IMG/VR virus record: IMGVR_UViG_3300005764_000036
Span: 1-39,784 of that record
Length of the DNA: 39,784 bases
Origin: a virus
Taxonomy: Duplodnaviria; Caudoviricetes
Strand: one strand, 5' to 3'
The position numbers and the translations under genes were made by a program. How positions within the stretch are numbered: the first letter of the stretch is position 1; the number at the start of each line of letters is the position of its first letter. The notes below the pieces were generated by a model that searched no databases, had not been told where the DNA came from, and worked only from the letters and a program-made list of their open reading frames with translations. Positions 26,415 to 35,354 of the stretch are shown here, piece by piece.

Positions 26415-27684
26415 TTTCACGGTGGACGCAATCGCGAAACTCGAGGCGGTCGAGGGGCGCGACGTGTGGGACGCGAAGGTGTATGGGCTGGTCATTCGGA
26501 CGCGCCAGTCGGGGCGGCATGTCTACCGCTACCGGCTGGCGCCGGGGCAGTGGGTGACGATCGGCAAGGTCGCCAACCTGACGATCGACGCGGCGCGGAC
26601 GGCGGCGTCGGAACTCGCCGGGAAGGTGGGCCGCGTCGCGTCGATCGAAGTGAGCAACGATCTGGCCGTGTCGCATAAGGACGCGCAAGCGAAGGCGCGT
26701 GAGAAGATCCGCGCGATGCGACGGCACGATACGCGGACCTTCGGCGCCTATCTCGAGAACGAGTATCGGCCCTGGGTCGAAACGCATCATCGGGCCGACG
26801 CCGACACCATGGATCGCCTCAAGGCGTGTTTCGGCGCGTGGTACGAGACGCCGATCACGGACATTTCCGGATTTCAGATCGAGACGTGGCGCGCCGGTCG
26901 CCGAAAAGACGGGATCGAGGCGACGACGATCAACCGGGATTTGGTGACGCTGCGTGGCGCGTTCTCGCGGGCGATCGAGGCGGGGATCCTCCGCGACCAT
27001 CCGATGCGAACGATCAAACCGCTGAAGGTCGATAAGGCGCCGCGGGTTCGGTATCTGTCGGCCGACGAGGCCGCGCAGCTCCGGAAGGCGCTCGAGCTGC
27101 GCGACGAGACGCGGCGGCTCCGGCGCGATAACGCGAACCAGTGGCGGCGCGATCGTGGGTACAGGGTGTGGCCGGCGTACGGGACGTATACGGACTACCT
27201 GACGCCGATCGTGCTTGTGGCGCTTTACACGGGCCTGCGACGCGGGGAGCTTTTTTCGCTGCGCTGGTCCGATTGGGATCGCGTCGTCGGCGTGCTCCAT
27301 GTGCGCGGCGCCGAGACGAAGGATCTCGAGTCGCGCGCCGTCCCCCTGCACGCCGACGCACGTGAGGTCCTGACGACGTGGCGCCAGATCACGGCGCCGG
27401 CCGACGCGGATCTGATCTTCCCGGGCGACGACGGCGACGAACTCGGCGCGGTCCGCAAGGCCTGGGGCGGCGTCCTGAAGGCCGCCAAGATCACGCGGTT
27501 CCGGTTTCATGATCTCCGGCATACGTTCGCCTCCTGGCTGGTCATGGCCGGCGTCGATCTGAATACCGTCCGGGAGCTGCTCGGCCATTCGACGATCGAA
27601 ATGACGCTCCGGTACGCGCATTTGGCACCAGGCCATAAGGCCGCGGCGATCGAACGACTGGCCGCGCCGTCCGTCGGCGCTTAG
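26404..27684 (+). CDS. int: Tyrosine integrase with N-terminal arm-binding domain
   Basis: ATG 26404; VWD...GLVIR arm domain; TGLRRGEL, FHDLRHTFAS and LLGHS..MTLRY catalytic motifs. Confidence 0.97.
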   Translation: MRLNFTVDAIAKLEAVEGRDVWDAKVYGLVIRTRQSGRHVYRYRLAPGQWVTIGKVANLTIDAARTAASELAGKVGRVASIEVSNDLAVSHKDAQAKAREKIRAMRRHDTRTFGAYLENEYRPWVETHHRADADTMDRLKACFGAWYETPITDISGFQIETWRAGRRKDGIEATTINRDLVTLRGAFSRAIEAGILRDHPMRTIKPLKVDKAPRVRYLSADEAAQLRKALELRDETRRLRRDNANQWRRDRGYRVWPAYGTYTDYLTPIVLVALYTGLRRGELFSLRWSDWDRVVGVLHVRGAETKDLESRAVPLHADAREVLTTWRQITAPADADLIFPGDDGDELGAVRKAWGGVLKAAKITRFRFHDLRHTFASWLVMAGVDLNTVRELLGHSTIEMTLRYAHLAPGHKAAAIERLAAPSVGA

Positions 27685-27845
27685 ACGCCGACGGGTGCCA
27701 TGCGGGCCTGACGGCGCTGGCTGATCGCGAGGAGGATCTTAGCTTCCTGCAGCAAGTGTCGAACGTGATCCGGTTCGCTGTTTAGGAGCGCTCTTGCGGT
27801 CGCTACGAGTTCGGAAATGATCGGCTCGTAGATCTCGGGCGGCAC
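27681..27845 (-). CDS. Small helical hypothetical protein overlapping the repressor 3' end
   Basis: GTG 27845; PEIYEPIISELVATARALLNSEPDHVRHLLQEAKILLAI is amphipathic; stop overlaps the int stop. Confidence 0.45.
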   Translation of the reverse strand: MPPEIYEPIISELVATARALLNSEPDHVRHLLQEAKILLAISQRRQARMAPVGV

Positions 27846-28263
27846 GGATGGTTTTCGCGTCTTCGATGAGGGTCCGGACGTTGGCCTCGATAAATTCGAG
27901 GACGTTTCGCTCCGAGGCCAGGCGTTCGAGAAGGAACGAGAGGCCGAGGACACGATCGATAACGGCCTCCTGCCGTTGGGCAAGATACGACGCGGGGACG
28001 ACATGAGACGGAGCCTCCTCGTGAGACGTAGCAGGGGTCCAATCCTCGAGGAGTCGGCCGGGGGCGACATCGAAGAAACGCGCGATCTGATCGAGTACGT
28101 CTAACGGTACACTACGTTCGCCCCGAAGTAACTGAAAAATCCATGTCCCGGATCGGCCGACGGCCTTCGCCAGGTCCCGCGGCGGGAGCTGTCGCGTTTT
28201 GAGGAGGCCGGCAATATTCGTCCGAAGGCGTTCGGCGCTGGGAGACAACGGGTCGATCGGCAT
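27739..28263 (-). CDS. CI-like immunity repressor (XRE HTH)
   Basis: LAKAVGRSGTWIFQLLRGERSVPLDVLDQIARFFDV HTH; divergent from cro; ATG at 28263. Confidence 0.85.
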   Translation of the reverse strand: MPIDPLSPSAERLRTNIAGLLKTRQLPPRDLAKAVGRSGTWIFQLLRGERSVPLDVLDQIARFFDVAPGRLLEDWTPATSHEEAPSHVVPASYLAQRQEAVIDRVLGLSFLLERLASERNVLEFIEANVRTLIEDAKTIRAARDLRADHFRTRSDRKSAPKQRTGSRSTLAAGS

Positions 28264-28305
28264 AGGAAGCTCTACGACACCGTAGCATACAAGTTTGCTG
28301 TGAGT

Positions 28306-28338
28306 GAACTTTAGCACCAGATATAGTGTGACACGCAA
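28306..28338 (-). promoter_or_regulatory. Candidate leftward repressor promoter (PRM-like)
   Basis: - strand TTGCGT ... TGcTAAAGT (extended -10); the -35 overlaps operator 1. Confidence 0.45.
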
Positions 28339-28387
28339 TTAGCGTCTCAGTCTGCGCTTATTGCGAATACGGGCCTTGCAATTTGCG
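28334..28387. promoter_or_regulatory. Three operator-like imperfect palindromes
   Basis: CGCAATTAGCG (28334), CGCTTATTGCG (28355), TGCAATTTGCG (28377), spaced 21 and 22 bp. Confidence 0.7.
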
Positions 28388-28404
28388 TTTGGCGGGCGTA
28401 TCGT
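28376..28404 (+). promoter_or_regulatory. Rightward early promoter (PR-like)
   Basis: TTGCAA-17 bp-TATCGT upstream of cro; the -35 overlaps operator 3. Confidence 0.65.
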
Positions 28405-28434
28405 GTCGTCCGTTCCCCCCTGGACGTTTCCTGA

Positions 28435-28668
28435 ATGGGCCTCCGACGGTTGGCGCGTCGCGTGCCGGTCAAAAGCCGAGTCCTCCTCTGGTTGGAGGCG
28501 CGCGGCAAAACGCAGTACTGGTTGGCGACGAAGGTCGGGATCGGGCCGACGATGATGTCCCAAATCCTGAACGGATCGCGCGTGCCGTCCTTGCCGGTCG
28601 CGAAACGGCTCGAGGATCTGACGGGCATCAAGGCTACGGATTTTATTCCGCAGGAGGGCCGGCCATGA
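28435..28668 (+). CDS. Cro-like HTH regulator
   Basis: TQYWLATKVGIGPTMMSQILNGSRVPSLPVAKRLEDLTG XRE HTH. Confidence 0.88.
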   Translation: MGLRRLARRVPVKSRVLLWLEARGKTQYWLATKVGIGPTMMSQILNGSRVPSLPVAKRLEDLTGIKATDFIPQEGRP

Positions 28669-28925
28669 CGCGGGCCAAGGTGACGCGGGCCTGCATCGAC
28701 GTGGCCGTGGATGCGCCGGCGTCGATCCGGCCGGCGGCGCTGCGAGAGGCGGACGCCGCGAAGTATCTCGACGTCTCGATCGCGTTTCTGCGAGACGCGC
28801 GGATCGGGCGCAGCTCGGGGCCGCCGTTCGTGCGGATCTCTCGCAAGGTCGTCCGGTATCTGCGCGCGGATTTGGATCGGTGGTTGGAGTCGAAACGGGT
28901 CCTGACGAAAGCGGGGAACCGATGA
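28665..28925 (+). CDS. Excisionase/AlpA-like HTH protein
   Basis: ATG 28665; DAAKYLDVS...GPPFVRI..VVRYLRADLDRWL motif. Confidence 0.85.
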   Translation: MTRAKVTRACIDVAVDAPASIRPAALREADAAKYLDVSIAFLRDARIGRSSGPPFVRISRKVVRYLRADLDRWLESKRVLTKAGNR

Positions 28926-29245
28926 TCGTCGCCGGCCTGGTAGTGCTGTCGGGCCTGATGGCGGCGGCGGCGGCCGTAGCGATCGTCCTGGGGCTCGGCG
29001 TCATGCGGCGCGCGGCCGTCCGAATCGCCGATGCCGAGGCGCGCGCCGATCGGGCGCTCGAGCTGCTCGACGCGGAACGGACGGCGCGCCTCGAGGCGGC
29101 CAATCGCCACAAGGCGGAACTCGGCGCGTTCCGGGTCGAGGTCGGCCAAACGATCGCGCTGTATCGCGGAATCCTCGCGAAGGTCACGACGTTGATCGGG
29201 ACGCGCCTCGAGGATCTCGAAGTCCCGAAAGGCCGGGTGAACTGA
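28922..29245 (+). CDS. N-terminal TM plus coiled-coil hypothetical protein
   Basis: ATG 28922; hydrophobic N-terminus followed by a helical region; coupled to its neighbours. Confidence 0.72.
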   Translation: MIVAGLVVLSGLMAAAAAVAIVLGLGVMRRAAVRIADAEARADRALELLDAERTARLEAANRHKAELGAFRVEVGQTIALYRGILAKVTTLIGTRLEDLEVPKGRVN

Positions 29246-30228
29246 TGGCGGGCGATTGGGCGGATCTCCGGACGGTCGGCGCGGATCTCGATTTGCCGGA
29301 ACCGGCCGGCGCCTTGCCGGTCCCGGCCGAGGCCTCGCGGCCGGCGCCGCGGACGACGGTCGTTCCGGACGAACGGAAGGCGTCGACAACGCCGGCGCCG
29401 TCCGTGTCGATCCTGGAAATGTCGCCGGACTGCGCGGAGCTGTTTGCGGCGCTGGCCGCGGCGCAAGGCGAATTTGGCGACGTCGATCGGACGCTCGAGG
29501 CGCGAATCCAGAGTCAACGGACCGGCGGCGCCTACACGTACGCGTACGAATCCCTCGCCGACGTCCTCGCGGCCGTCCGGCCGGCGCTGTCGAAACATGG
29601 TCTAGCAGTTCTACAGCTCCCATTTACCAGGGCGGCGTCTGTTGTGGTGCGGACGATGCTCGTCTATGGCAAGGCCGGCGGCCGCGGGCAATGGCTGTAC
29701 AACGAATTGATCGCGTCGGTGCCGGACACGGCGCCGCAATCGATCGGATCGGGAATCACGTTTCTCCGGCGTTATGCGCTGAAATCGATCCTCGGTCTGT
29801 CGGCCGGATTCGAGGACGACGACGGCCAGGCGGCCAGTCCGCGCGCGCCGATTCACGCCGCGGCGCGCAAATCGGAGGCCTCGCGGCCGACGCCGGCGCC
29901 GACGCCTCCGCCAAAACCGCGGCCAGATCCGCCCATGCCGGCGCCGATTCCGACGCCGCCGGTCCCGTCGACGCCTCCGCCGGCGGCCGCGCCGACACCT
30001 AACACGGTCGGCACGATCGCCGAAGTGCGCGACGTCGACGGCGGCGCGTTGATCAAACTGTCGACGGGCCTGGTCGCCGGCACGCGCAACGCGGAAATCA
30101 TTGCGGCCGCTAAGGAATTTCTCGAGGCGAAGGACGTCGTCGTGGAACTGACGACGCGGCCGGCGTCCGATCCGTCGCGCGCGCCGTCGGTCCTCGAGCT
30201 GCGGCCGGCGATCGAGGACGAACCATGA
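29245..30228 (+). CDS. ERF-family ssDNA annealing protein
   Basis: ALAAAQGEF, YAYESLADVL, PQSIGSGITFLRRYAL and EDDDG motifs; Pro-rich linker. Confidence 0.92.
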   Translation: MAGDWADLRTVGADLDLPEPAGALPVPAEASRPAPRTTVVPDERKASTTPAPSVSILEMSPDCAELFAALAAAQGEFGDVDRTLEARIQSQRTGGAYTYAYESLADVLAAVRPALSKHGLAVLQLPFTRAASVVVRTMLVYGKAGGRGQWLYNELIASVPDTAPQSIGSGITFLRRYALKSILGLSAGFEDDDGQAASPRAPIHAAARKSEASRPTPAPTPPPKPRPDPPMPAPIPTPPVPSTPPPAAAPTPNTVGTIAEVRDVDGGALIKLSTGLVAGTRNAEIIAAAKEFLEAKDVVVELTTRPASDPSRAPSVLELRPAIEDEP

Positions 30229-30884
30229 CCGGCGCCGATCTGCTGTTCGTCGAATCGACGCATGAGTACCGCCGGCCGGACGGCCTCCTGGTCCCGTCCG
30301 TCACGCAGATCCTCGAGGCCGTCGGCGTCTCGACCGATTGGGAGCTGTTGCGCCGTCAGGGGCCGGCCATGGCCGCGGCGATCGATCGCAAACAGGAAAT
30401 CGGCCGCGCGCTGCACTTGGACGCACACGCTTACGACGATGGGGATCTCGATCTGGCGACGGTGCATCCGGCGGTACTGCCGTATGTCGAGGCCTGGGCG
30501 GTCTGTCGCGCGAATCTGCGCCTCGAACCGTTACAACGCGAACGCCGGCTGTACTCGGAAGCGCTCGGATTCTGCGGGACGGTCGACGCGATTTGTGTCC
30601 GGAACGGCGATCACGATCGCCTGATTCTGATCGACTTGAAAACGGGCGACGTCGACGATGCCGCCGCGCAGTATCAGACGGCCGCGTACGCGATTTTGTG
30701 GAACTCGGAACATCCGGATCGGCTGATTCGGGAACGGTGGGCCGTGGAACTCACGCCGGATCGCGCCGTCCCGTATCGCATTCACAATTTCACGGCGACG
30801 CCGGACCATTGGAAGGACGCGCAGTACTTCCAGGCCTTCGTCGTCACCTACTACCGCCAGGCCGTCCGGAGGATCGGACGATGA
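30225..30884 (+). CDS. PD-(D/E)XK nuclease-like protein
   Basis: HEY...VPSVTQIL, FCGTVD, LIDLKTG and QTAAY motifs. Confidence 0.85.
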   Translation: MTGADLLFVESTHEYRRPDGLLVPSVTQILEAVGVSTDWELLRRQGPAMAAAIDRKQEIGRALHLDAHAYDDGDLDLATVHPAVLPYVEAWAVCRANLRLEPLQRERRLYSEALGFCGTVDAICVRNGDHDRLILIDLKTGDVDDAAAQYQTAAYAILWNSEHPDRLIRERWAVELTPDRAVPYRIHNFTATPDHWKDAQYFQAFVVTYYRQAVRRIGR

Positions 30885-31738
30885 CCGTCAACGATCCGAT
30901 CCGTGATCTGCTGCTCGACGACGATTTGCCGGTCCCGGCCGCGCGCGTCGACGTCCTGCCGGCTGACTTTCCGTTGCCGCGGCTGATCAAGTTCGTGCCG
31001 GACGCGGCCAAAAAGGCGCGCCTCGATCGCGTCACGGCCTGGGCGCTCGAGATCGCCGTCACGGGGACGAACGGCCTCGAGGCGGCCGACGCGGCGCTGT
31101 CAACGTTGCGCGCAGAACTCGAGGCCGTCCGCGCCGATTTCGACGAACCGAAAAAACTGGCGCATCGCTTACACGCGCACATTACGACGCTGCTCGGCGA
31201 GTACACGGCGGCCGCCGACGCGGCGATCAAGACGATCGGACAACGGATCTTTACGGAGACGCGGCGCCTCGAGGCCGTGGCGGCCGAGGAACGCCGGCAA
31301 CGCCAGGCCGCGGCCGACGCGGCGGAACGCGCGCGGCTGGCGCGTGAGGCCGAGGCGGCCAAGGCGGCCAGGGCGCCGGCCGAGGCCGTCCGGGAGCTGC
31401 AACGCCAAGCCGAAACGGCGACGGCCGCGCCAGTCGAGACGGCGCCGGCGCCGGCGCTGAAAGGATCGACGCCGATCGCGCGGTGGTTGGCGCGGCCGAA
31501 AGGGACGCCGGCGACGGCCGATCCGAATCCCAAGATCGCCGACATGACGCCGTTGCAAATCGCGCGCGTGGTGGAACTGGTCGGCGCGATTGTCGCCGGC
31601 CAGGCGTCGATCACGTTGATCGAAATCAATTGGACGGCGGTCAACGCGCGCGCGCGGTCGGACAAATCGGCCTTCCAGGTGCCGGGCCTCGAGGCCTTCG
31701 AATCCGGCGCGACACGCGCGAAAGGACGGCGGGCATGA
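30881..31738 (+). CDS. Coiled-coil hypothetical protein of the recombination module
   Basis: ATG 30881 after GGAGG; long helical region; C-terminal VPGLEAFE motif. Confidence 0.8.
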   Translation: MTVNDPIRDLLLDDDLPVPAARVDVLPADFPLPRLIKFVPDAAKKARLDRVTAWALEIAVTGTNGLEAADAALSTLRAELEAVRADFDEPKKLAHRLHAHITTLLGEYTAAADAAIKTIGQRIFTETRRLEAVAAEERRQRQAAADAAERARLAREAEAAKAARAPAEAVRELQRQAETATAAPVETAPAPALKGSTPIARWLARPKGTPATADPNPKIADMTPLQIARVVELVGAIVAGQASITLIEINWTAVNARARSDKSAFQVPGLEAFESGATRAKGRRA

Positions 31739-31866
31739 GACGGACGCGGCTGTATCGCGTGGTGGTGGTGCGCGCCGGCGTGTTTACCCGGTGGCGGTAC
31801 GACAACGTCCGCGGGCGGATTCACGACAAGACGGCGCCGGCGACGTCCGTCGGCGTTCTGAAGTAG
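31735..31866 (+). CDS. Small hypothetical protein
   Basis: ATGA overlap, 43 aa. Confidence 0.45.
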   Translation: MRRTRLYRVVVVRAGVFTRWRYDNVRGRIHDKTAPATSVGVLK

Positions 31867-31879
31867 CACGGGAGGCGAC

Positions 31880-32086
31880 ATGCGGAAATTTCACCTGGTG
31901 TTAGCGGACGGAACAGAACGCGATATTTCGGCCGGCATGATCGCGACGGTCGCCGGCGTCCTCGAGTTTCGCAACAACGACACGAAAGTATCCGGATCTC
32001 AGGAACTCGGGTACACGCTCGTTGCGGCGTACGCGGCCGGTGCCTGGTCGTACGTGGAAGTCGAACGGCTGGACGACAAGGGTTGA
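31880..32086 (+). CDS. Hypothetical protein
   Basis: GGAGG RBS, 68 aa. Confidence 0.75.
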   Translation: MRKFHLVLADGTERDISAGMIATVAGVLEFRNNDTKVSGSQELGYTLVAAYAAGAWSYVEVERLDDKG

Positions 32087-32089
32087 TCC

Positions 32090-32536
32090 GTGGCGTTCTG
32101 GCCGATCGCCGTATCGGGACGTCTCGAGGCCGGCCGGTTGCGGATCAATCGGCCGCGCCTGGCGGCGCTCTTGGCGGGCCGCAAGGACGGGCCGGTCGAT
32201 GTCGTGATCGATCGGCAAGTGGCGTCACGTTCGCTCTTACAAAATGCGTGGTACTGGGGCGCGATTCTCGGCCTGATTGAGGAATCGACGGGACAACCGG
32301 CGCGGGATCTCCACGAATATTTCAAACTGAAATTCAACGTCCGGCCGCTGATTCTCACGGACCGCGCCGGCGTGATCGTCGCCGAGGAACGAATCGGCGG
32401 GTCGACGGCGGAACTCAACCGAATCACGTTCGGCGAGTACTGCGAAAACATTCGGGCGTTCGCGGCCGATCGCCTGGACGTCGTCATTCCCGATCCGGAT
32501 CCAAATTGGCGACAACCGTCGGACATTGTCGGGTAA
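32090..32536 (+). CDS. NinB/DUF1367-like protein
   Basis: RSLLQNAWYWG, LHEYFK, STAELN...F..Y.E.I and IPDP motifs. Confidence 0.72.
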   Translation: MAFWPIAVSGRLEAGRLRINRPRLAALLAGRKDGPVDVVIDRQVASRSLLQNAWYWGAILGLIEESTGQPARDLHEYFKLKFNVRPLILTDRAGVIVAEERIGGSTAELNRITFGEYCENIRAFAADRLDVVIPDPDPNWRQPSDIVG

Positions 32537-32545
32537 GGAGGCGTT

Positions 32546-32977
32546 ATGCGGTACCTGTGGCGTTCGCTCCTCGTCGTCGTCCTGGCCGTCTCGAGCTGCA
32601 CGAAGATTTACAACATTCGCGATAAAGAGACGTCGCCGACGGCGCCGAGCACTACGCCGGCGCCGGTCGTCGCCGACAAGATCGAATTCCGCGCGTTCGG
32701 CAATACCGGTGGCGCGCCGGTCACGATCAAATTTACGAACGGCGTCGACGGCCTCACGGTGCAAGTCGCCAATTCGTTGCCGTACGTCGCGGACATTTCG
32801 TCGACGGAGGCGTCAATTTTTCTTTCCCTCGAGGGGACGGCGATCGTCCCGCTGTTGTATCAGCCGTCCGGGATTCTGCAAGTGCAAATCTTCACGAACG
32901 GCCGATTGTTCCGGGAAGGATCGGCGGCCGGATTCGCAACGTTAACGGCGACGGCATTCGGAACCTGGCGAAGGTAA
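32546..32977 (+). CDS. Lipoprotein
   Basis: AAGGAGG RBS; MRYLWRSLLVVVLA-VSS-C lipobox; Pro/Thr linker; beta-rich domain. Confidence 0.82.
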   Translation: MRYLWRSLLVVVLAVSSCTKIYNIRDKETSPTAPSTTPAPVVADKIEFRAFGNTGGAPVTIKFTNGVDGLTVQVANSLPYVADISSTEASIFLSLEGTAIVPLLYQPSGILQVQIFTNGRLFREGSAAGFATLTATAFGTWRR

Positions 32978-32981
32978 CGCC

Positions 32982-33164
32982 GTGGGAATTTGGCGCGCGA
33001 TCGTCGGCTGCAATCATCGGCATACGTACCGGGAACGCCGGCTCTTGTACGGCCTCGAGGTCTTACACCTGGTCTGTGCGAAGTGCGGCCATGCGGCGCC
33101 GATGATTCCGCGGTCGACGGCAGAACACAGGGCGGCGCTCGAGGCGGCCAGGCGGAAGGCGTGA
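32982..33164 (+). CDS. Small Cys/His-containing hypothetical protein
   Basis: GCNH...CAKCG potential zinc site, 60 aa. Confidence 0.6.
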   Translation: MGIWRAIVGCNHRHTYRERRLLYGLEVLHLVCAKCGHAAPMIPRSTAEHRAALEAARRKA

Positions 33165-33170
33165 AACGAA

Positions 33171-33980
33171 ATGCAAGGGCAAAGCGGCTACACACGATTC
33201 AAGCAGGAACGATTCGCGCCAGTCCTCGCGCAAAGTCTACGGATCTCGAAGGCGCCGAGTGTTGTCCGGTATCCGTACTATCACGTTGATCTCAATGCCG
33301 GCGGCGGATTCAACGCGGACGCCGGCGTCGAAGGTAGTCCGCTGAATTTTCTTCGGGCCGTCGAACGGACGGGCCGGTCGAACGTTTACGTATTTTTCGT
33401 TGATCGGGATCCGATTGCGATTGAGGAATTGATTCGACAACCGGCAGTCTTGGCCTACTCGCGCGATCGGTTGTCGATTCACGAAGGCGATAACGCGGAG
33501 CTGCTGCCGATCGTTCGGGAGTTCGTTCGCGCGCGGGAACGCCGGCCGGAATATGCGGTCGGATCGATTCTGATCGATCCAAACGGGTACCACAACGGGA
33601 TTCCTTGGGAGGCCTTGCGTCTGTTTTGCGCGGAGTTTCCGCGATTCGATTTGTTTCTTAATTTGAACGTTCGATCATTCAAATTAGAACGGCCACACAT
33701 TCAACGCGGGTGCGGCGCTTGGGGCGCGAAACGATTGCATCCGATTTCGGAATTCTCGCGTTGGTTTTCGCGGCCGTCGTGGATGTGGACGCGGCCAATT
33801 CAGATCAAAGGGAACAGTTGGATTCAATGCGTCGGCCGCTCCATGCAAACGCACGCGTACGGCTATACGTCGCTAGGTTTCTATGACAGTGCTTCAATCA
33901 TCGGCCGCGGAATCTGCGACGAACTCGAGAACGTTTCGTGCGGGATTCCTCAGCTATCACTTTTACCGGACCTATGCTGA
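33171..33980 (+). CDS. TcmP-like (three-Cys-motif partner) methyltransferase-fold protein
   Basis: YHVDLNAGGG, EGSPL, FFVDRD, EGDNAE and LIDPNG motifs; near a DUF5131 gene. Confidence 0.72.
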   Translation: MQGQSGYTRFKQERFAPVLAQSLRISKAPSVVRYPYYHVDLNAGGGFNADAGVEGSPLNFLRAVERTGRSNVYVFFVDRDPIAIEELIRQPAVLAYSRDRLSIHEGDNAELLPIVREFVRARERRPEYAVGSILIDPNGYHNGIPWEALRLFCAEFPRFDLFLNLNVRSFKLERPHIQRGCGAWGAKRLHPISEFSRWFSRPSWMWTRPIQIKGNSWIQCVGRSMQTHAYGYTSLGFYDSASIIGRGICDELENVSCGIPQLSLLPDLC

Positions 33981-34179
33981 GTATTTGCAGCATCCGATTT
34001 TTCGTGCGGCGCGGGCGGCGGCCATGATGGCGGCGAACTACCGTTGTCGAGACTGCGGCGCGAAGGCGACACAAGTCCATCATCTGAAATATCCGCGGTG
34101 GGGGACGTTTGATCTACCGTCGAATCTCCTTCCGATCTGCTATCCGTGCCATTGCCGGCGCGAAGGGAAACCGGCATGA
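33883..34179 (+). CDS. Small HNH endonuclease
   Basis: YAEYL...YRCRDCG..ATQVHHLKY...NLLPICYPCH; start uncertain. Confidence 0.8.
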   Translation: MTVLQSSAAESATNSRTFRAGFLSYHFYRTYAEYLQHPIFRAARAAAMMAANYRCRDCGAKATQVHHLKYPRWGTFDLPSNLLPICYPCHCRREGKPA

Positions 34180-35354
34180 GCGTTGCGCTAACACTGCCGG
34201 ATCCGCAAACGGCGACGATCGCGGCCGTGCCGAAGATTATCGCAACGGCGCGCGCGATTCGGGAGCGGTGTCAGGCGCGCCGGGATGGTCGGGCCGTACG
34301 GGAACTGAAACGTCGGCTCGATATGTTCTACGCGTACTTGAACGACAAAAAGGCGCGGGCGGCGCTGGCCGGTGAACAACGGTTGACGGAGGTCGTGATC
34401 GGTGATCTGCTCGGCCGCGCGAAGGCGCCGAAGGAAACCGGCCGGCCGAAAAAAGGGAACTCCTCGTCTGCCGATGAGTTTTCAGATCTGAATGACGAAT
34501 TGAAATTCCAGTGCCGGCAAATGGCCGCGCATGCGGCGATCGTGCGGCGCCTCGTCGCTGCTGGCACGGTCGAACGCCGCGCGATTTTGCGGCAATTGCC
34601 GGCGGTGCTCGAGGTCGAGGCGGTTCCGGCGAAACCGGCGGCGCCGGCGACGTTCAATCAAGTAAACGACAACATTGGTTGGGCGCGCTGGTCGTGGAAT
34701 CCGGTTACGGGATGTTTGCATAACTGCGAGTACTGCTATGCGCGTGACCTCGCGGAACGGTTTTACCCGGAAAAGTTTGTGCCGACGTTTCATCCGGAAC
34801 GGTTGCCGGCGCCGCGACATACGAAGGTTCCGGCGCAAGCGAAGGACGATCCGGCCTGGCGTCGGGTGTTTACGTGTTCGATGGCCGATCTATTTGGGAA
34901 GTGGGTCCCGCAAGAGTGGATCGCGGCCGTGTTCGAACAGATTCGCGACAATCCGCAATGGGAATTCCTGTGTTTGACAAAGTTTCCGGATCGTCTGGCG
35001 GATCTCGAATGGCCGGCAAATGTTTGGGCCGGAACCACGGTCGATCGTCAACATCGGGTCCAGGTCGCCGAAAAGAGTTTCGCGCGGGTCAAGGCCGGGA
35101 TTCGGTGGTTGAGCTGCGAACCGCTACTCGAACCGTTGCGATTTTCTTCCTTGGAAATGTTCGATTGGGTCGTGATTGGTGCCTCGACGGGATCGCAACA
35201 GGCGGAACCGTTCGCGCCTCCATTTGAGTGGGTCGTCGATCTGTATCAACAGGCGCGCGCGGCCGGTTGCCGCGTTTATCTGAAACACAACCTATTTCGT
35301 TCTGAGGACGGGCATGCGCCAGGAATGCAACCGATCCGGGAATGGCCTCGGTAA
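34176..35354 (+). CDS. DUF5131 (phage Gp37/Gp68, radical-SAM-like) protein with N-terminal extension
   Basis: ATG 34176; WNPVTGCLHNCEYCYA (CxxxCxxC), FTCSMADLF, LTK, WLSCEPLL and WVVIG motifs. Confidence 0.9.
   Translation: MSVALTLPDPQTATIAAVPKIIATARAIRERCQARRDGRAVRELKRRLDMFYAYLNDKKARAALAGEQRLTEVVIGDLLGRAKAPKETGRPKKGNSSSADEFSDLNDELKFQCRQMAAHAAIVRRLVAAGTVERRAILRQLPAVLEVEAVPAKPAAPATFNQVNDNIGWARWSWNPVTGCLHNCEYCYARDLAERFYPEKFVPTFHPERLPAPRHTKVPAQAKDDPAWRRVFTCSMADLFGKWVPQEWIAAVFEQIRDNPQWEFLCLTKFPDRLADLEWPANVWAGTTVDRQHRVQVAEKSFARVKAGIRWLSCEPLLEPLRFSSLEMFDWVVIGASTGSQQAEPFAPPFEWVVDLYQQARAAGCRVYLKHNLFRSEDGHAPGMQPIREWPR

Noticed and set aside
26362-27636. 424-aa antisense ORF
   Set aside because: Mirror of the integrase coding strand.
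30225-30884. Cas4 of a CRISPR system
   Set aside because: No four-Cys cluster and no array; its position next to ERF fits a phage recombination nuclease.
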